NCBI GenBank assembly: GCA_051984675.1
Contig: JBPYFK010000039.1
Span: forward strand, 5,932-69,931
Direction: 5' to 3'
Length of the DNA: 64,000 nucleotides
Source of the DNA: Pseudonocardiaceae bacterium
Lineage (GTDB): Bacteria > Actinomycetota > Actinomycetes > Mycobacteriales > Pseudonocardiaceae
The first letter of the stretch is position 1, and each line of letters opens with the position of its first letter. Shown here in pieces: positions 61,027 to 64,000 of this stretch. The notes below the pieces were generated by a model, which saw only the letters and a list, made by a program, of their open reading frames with translations, had not been told where the DNA came from and made no database searches. Made by a program: the position numbers and the translations under genes.

Positions 61027-61802
61027 TCACTTCGTGGACCCCGCGAGCACACCCTGCACGAAGTAGCGTTCGAACGCGAAGAACACCATCAGCGGCACCA
61101 CCATGGACAGGAACGATCCCGACGCGAGCAGGTCGATGTTGGCTCCGAACTGGCGCAACTGTGAGCGCAACGCGACCGTGATCGGCGCGGAATCGGAGTC
61201 GGCGAACACCAGCGCGACCAGCATGTCGTTCCACACCCAGAGGAACTGGAAGATCGTGAGCGAGGCCAACGCCGGGCGAGCGATCGGCAGCATGACCCTG
61301 CGGAAGATCAGCCACTCGCTGCCCCCGTCCATCCGCGCGGCTTCGAGCAGGTCGCGGGAATGCCCACGAAGAAGTTCCGCAGCAGGAAGATGCCAAACGG
61401 CAGCCCGAACGCGACGTGGAACAGCACGACACCGGTGATGGTGCCGAACAGGCCCAATGCGCCGTAGAGTTTGGCTATCGGAACGAGCGCGGCTTGGATC
61501 GGCAGCACCAGCAGGGCGACCACCACGACCATCAACCAGTCCCGACCTGGGAACTCGATCCACGCCAGCGCGTAGGCGGCCAGCGCGGCTAGGAGCACCA
61601 CCAAGACCGTGGCCGGCACCGAGATGTAGACGGTGTTGAGGAAAGAGTGCCACACGGTGTCATTGCTGATCAGGTTCTGATAGTTGGCCAGGGTCAGTTC
61701 GGCGGGTTTGGTGAACACGGTCCACCAGCCGCTGGTCGCACTGTCCGATTCGGACCGCAGTGACGCGATCAGCAGCCCGAACACGGGTACCAGCCCGAAC
61801 GT
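61027..61802 (-). pseudogene. carbohydrate ABC transporter permease (MalG/BPD type) with a frameshift and a damaged N-terminus
   Basis: ORF 61308..62048 carries ...LVPVFGLLIASLRSE...LLRNFFVGIP. The expected continuation RDLLEAARMDGGSEWLIFRRVMLP... (EAA loop) is in ORF 61027..61653. A one-base loss lies near 61353-61360. The upstream end (about 61802) is approximate. Confidence 0.7.
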
Positions 61803-62290
61803 GCGTTCCTCCAGCAGCAGCGTTAGGACCAGCGCCGCCGCGGAGGCGTCGTCGACGCGGTAATCGCCGACCGCGTCGTCCCGCCCGACCTGGACAACCA
61901 GGTCCGCTCCGCCCCACTGACCGACGACGTTCTCACCGGCCTCGCAGCCACCGAGAAATACCGTTGCGGTCGCGCTCACATGCTGCCGCAACGCGCCAAC
62001 CGAGTTGTCGCTGTTGTCGGCGGAGGTACGGGGAAAACACCGTCGCACTGTGCGCCATGCCCGCCGAGCAGCCGCACCTCGGACGGCAATCGGGACAGCG
62101 CCGCAAGATCCCGCAAGTCCCGCCCGGAAATCACTGCCGAAGCGGTCGCGGGCATCGCCGCGAGCGAGCGCAACGCACGCACCGCCTCTGGAAGCGGACG
62201 CTTTCCTGGATCACTGTCCGTGCCTGGTGTCAGCGTTCCGTCATATTCACAGACGACGAGCAGACTCGCTGCGCGTGCCGCAGCCACCAC
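61803..62290 (-). pseudogene. trehalose-phosphatase (OtsB-like, HAD) remnant with an internal deletion
   Basis: ORF 61976..62290 encodes SLLVVCEYDGTLTP...AVISGRDLRDLAALSRLPSEVRLLGGHGAQ, with HAD motif I reading EYDGTL instead of DYDGTL. A C-terminal-like VFLGG...DLVVQVGRDDAVGDYRVDD follows in another frame after only about 30 codons. Boundaries are approximate. Confidence 0.45.
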
Positions 62291-62553
62291 GGCTTACTGT
62301 AGCTGTCGCGAAAGAGTCGCCGATACTGACCGCTGGGCAACACCCATTCCACACTCCTTCGGCACCACTCGGTCACTTCGGCTCGGTCACACACCCTCCG
62401 GTGTGGACCGGCGCGAGCAAACTAGACCGGGCGGTCAGCCTCCTGGAGCATCGTTGAGTGAACTTTACGTGGAATCTAAGGAGCTCTTATGGTGCGCCCG
62501 CGACCTCGACGGCCATGCTGCGACCGCCGTCAAATATCGTCCACATCGGAGTC

Positions 62554-63357
62554 TTACGAACCCACCGAACGCCGCACGAACTCCGGTGCCCGCTTCGCGG
62601 CATTCGCCTTCCGCGCGATCTTGTGGTTGGCACCCAGCAGCAGGCGCAACTGGTAGTGGCTCTCCCACCGGAATGCCCGCCAGGGCGGCGCATGCCAGAC
62701 GCGGTGAAACATCCGCTTGGTCGCGGCCACCGAATCCGGCGAGCGGGTCGCGAGTCGCGTCGCCAGGTCCGTGGCGGCCGCGAGTGGGTCGTCGGACACC
62801 TCGGTGACGAGGCCGAGGTCCTGTGCCCGGTGGCCGTCGAAGGTCTCACCGGTCATCGTCAGCCGCTTGGCGACATCCATCGGCAGCAACTCGCGCAGGG
62901 TCACCGTCCCGCTCATGTCCGGCACCAGCCCCCACTTCGCTTCCATGACCGAGAACTGGCAGTCCGGTGTGGCGAGCCGGAAATCGGCGGCGAGGGCGAG
63001 TTGCAGTCCGCCCCCGAAGCAGTGCCCGCGCAGCACCGCGAGCACCGGGACCGGCAGGCGACGCCAGGCCCAGCACATCTCCTGGTAGAGGTTGGTCGAC
63101 CGCCACGGCGGGCGCAGGAAGTTGGCCATCATCCGCACCGGCTGTTTGCCCACGGAGGCGAAGTCGAGGCCGGTGCAGAACGAGGCGCCGTCCCCGCTGA
63201 GGATGACCGCGCGCACCTCGCGGTTGCGACGCACCTGCCCGGCGGCTCGGATCAGCGCTCGCATCATGTCCAGATCGAGCCCGTTGAGCTTGTCGGCCCG
63301 GGTCATGGTGACGTACGCCACCGTCCCGTCGATCGTGGTCGTGACTCGGTCCGTCAT
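62554..63357 (-). CDS. enoyl-CoA hydratase/isomerase (crotonase) family protein
   Basis: Frame of ORF 62554..63660 with ATG at 63357 (MTDRVTTTIDGTVAYVTMTRADKLNGLD). Oxyanion-hole segments are ILSGDGASFCTGLDF and LRGHCFGGGLQLALAADFRL. Confidence 0.9.
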   Translation of the reverse strand: MTDRVTTTIDGTVAYVTMTRADKLNGLDLDMMRALIRAAGQVRRNREVRAVILSGDGASFCTGLDFASVGKQPVRMMANFLRPPWRSTNLYQEMCWAWRRLPVPVLAVLRGHCFGGGLQLALAADFRLATPDCQFSVMEAKWGLVPDMSGTVTLRELLPMDVAKRLTMTGETFDGHRAQDLGLVTEVSDDPLAAATDLATRLATRSPDSVAATKRMFHRVWHAPPWRAFRWESHYQLRLLLGANHKIARKANAAKRAPEFVRRSVGS

Positions 63358-63404
63358 GGTGCACCTTCTCGGTCGGTTACGCGCGAGCGCAGCAATCCTA
63401 CTCG

Positions 63405-64000
63405 CTAGTAACTTATTCGTGCACCGCGCGCCACGCAGAGGCCGTGCTCGGCCAGCGGGCCAACCACCCAACCACGATCCGCACACTCCGCCAGCAGGCG
63501 CGGGAGCGCGCCCAGCGTCGACCGCCATGCGCCCGGCGCCGCGGCCACGTCCGAGTCGTGCAGCAGCACCGTTCCCCCGCTGGCGAGCCCGTGCCGCACC
63601 GTCGCGACCACACTGTCCGAAGTGGACTTCCGGCTCCAGTCCCAGCCCCAGCACGTCCACAGCACCGGTCGGAGGTCGAGCCTCCGCGCGGCCACAAGCG
63701 CGGCCGAGGTGAGCACGCCGTAAGGCGGCCGGAACCAGGTCGGGGCCTGGCCCGTGGTCTCCGCGATCAGATCCCGGCCGCGCGCCATCTCGTCGTAGGT
63801 GCGGCGCCAGCCGTACCAGACCATGCGGCGGTGGTCCCAGCCGTGCAAGGCGATCTCGTGCCCGGCCGCGACCATCTCGCGGACCAGGTCGGGGTGCTTG
63901 ACCAGCTCGCTGCCCAGCAGGAAGAAAGTCGCTCGCGTGCCGTGCCGGTCCAGTTCCCGCAGGAAGAACGGGGTGGTCTCGGGGTTCGGACCGTCGTCGA
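63405..64000 (-). CDS. polysaccharide deacetylase (NodB homology domain), partial (5' end off the window)
   Basis: ORF 63405..63875 plus my upstream translation to the window edge: DDGPNPETTPFFLRELDRHGTRATFFLLGSELVKHPDLVREMVAAGHEIALHGWDH. It has the NodB motifs DDGP and HxxxH. Confidence 0.85.
   Translation of the reverse strand, partial: DDGPNPETTPFFLRELDRHGTRATFFLLGSELVKHPDLVREMVAAGHEIALHGWDHRRMVWYGWRRTYDEMARGRDLIAETTGQAPTWFRPPYGVLTSAALVAARRLDLRPVLWTCWGWDWSRKSTSDSVVATVRHGLASGGTVLLHDSDVAAAPGAWRSTLGALPRLLAECADRGWVVGPLAEHGLCVARGARISY

Noticed and set aside
1-64000. Screen for CRISPR arrays, tRNA/rRNA genes, transposases, integrases, phage genes, toxin-antitoxin pairs or known defence-system genes
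   Set aside because: I saw no spaced identical repeats, no T-loop/acceptor-like tRNA structure, no rRNA-like segments and no ORF with DDE, tyrosine- or serine-recombinase, or defence-domain motifs. This was visual inspection only, so short or degenerate elements could be missed.

Overview
High-GC actinomycete chromosomal segment (G+C judged by eye, not computed). The gene families suggest Actinomycetota, possibly Pseudonocardiales- or Streptomyces-like; that placement is inference. I support about 60 intact CDS, and there is no rRNA, tRNA, CRISPR array, transposase, integrase or phage gene that I can see. In order, the window holds these modules. (1) A TetR-OYE pair and a LigC-like ligase with a stand-alone primase-polymerase. 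(2) Two convergent paralogous ATPase-TPR-LuxR regulators. (3) Several small regulator-plus-enzyme or transporter units: GntR-hydroxylase, MscS, a sugar MFS with LacI, and a GntR-NCS1-racemase operon. (4) An SLT lytic transglycosylase behind a long leader that looks like a ydaO-type riboswitch. (5) A translationally coupled glycosyltransferase / alpha-beta hydrolase / P450 cassette, next to an FAD monooxygenase and a TetR-ICMT-unknown unit. (6) A potassium neighbourhood: an RCK channel with a non-canonical filter, a broken APC permease, and kdpFABCD with an extra micro-ORF and no kdpE. (7) A DosR-regulon-like dormancy island with three tandem USPs, two Acg nitroreductases, a pncB remnant and, nearby, an Rv1733c-family gene. 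(8) A four-gene conservon (cvnA-D) divergent from a TetR-P450 pair. (9) A decayed sugar/trehalose region. The strongest window-wide signal is the number of disrupted genes, at least eight, and several carry large internal deletions rather than single-base frameshifts. I found no clearly novel multi-gene system. The best candidates for follow-up are the orphan tailoring cassette, the regulator-less dormancy island, the kdp oddities and the riboswitch candidate. Start codons are my own choices, guided by RBS and family alignment from memory. No database search was run.
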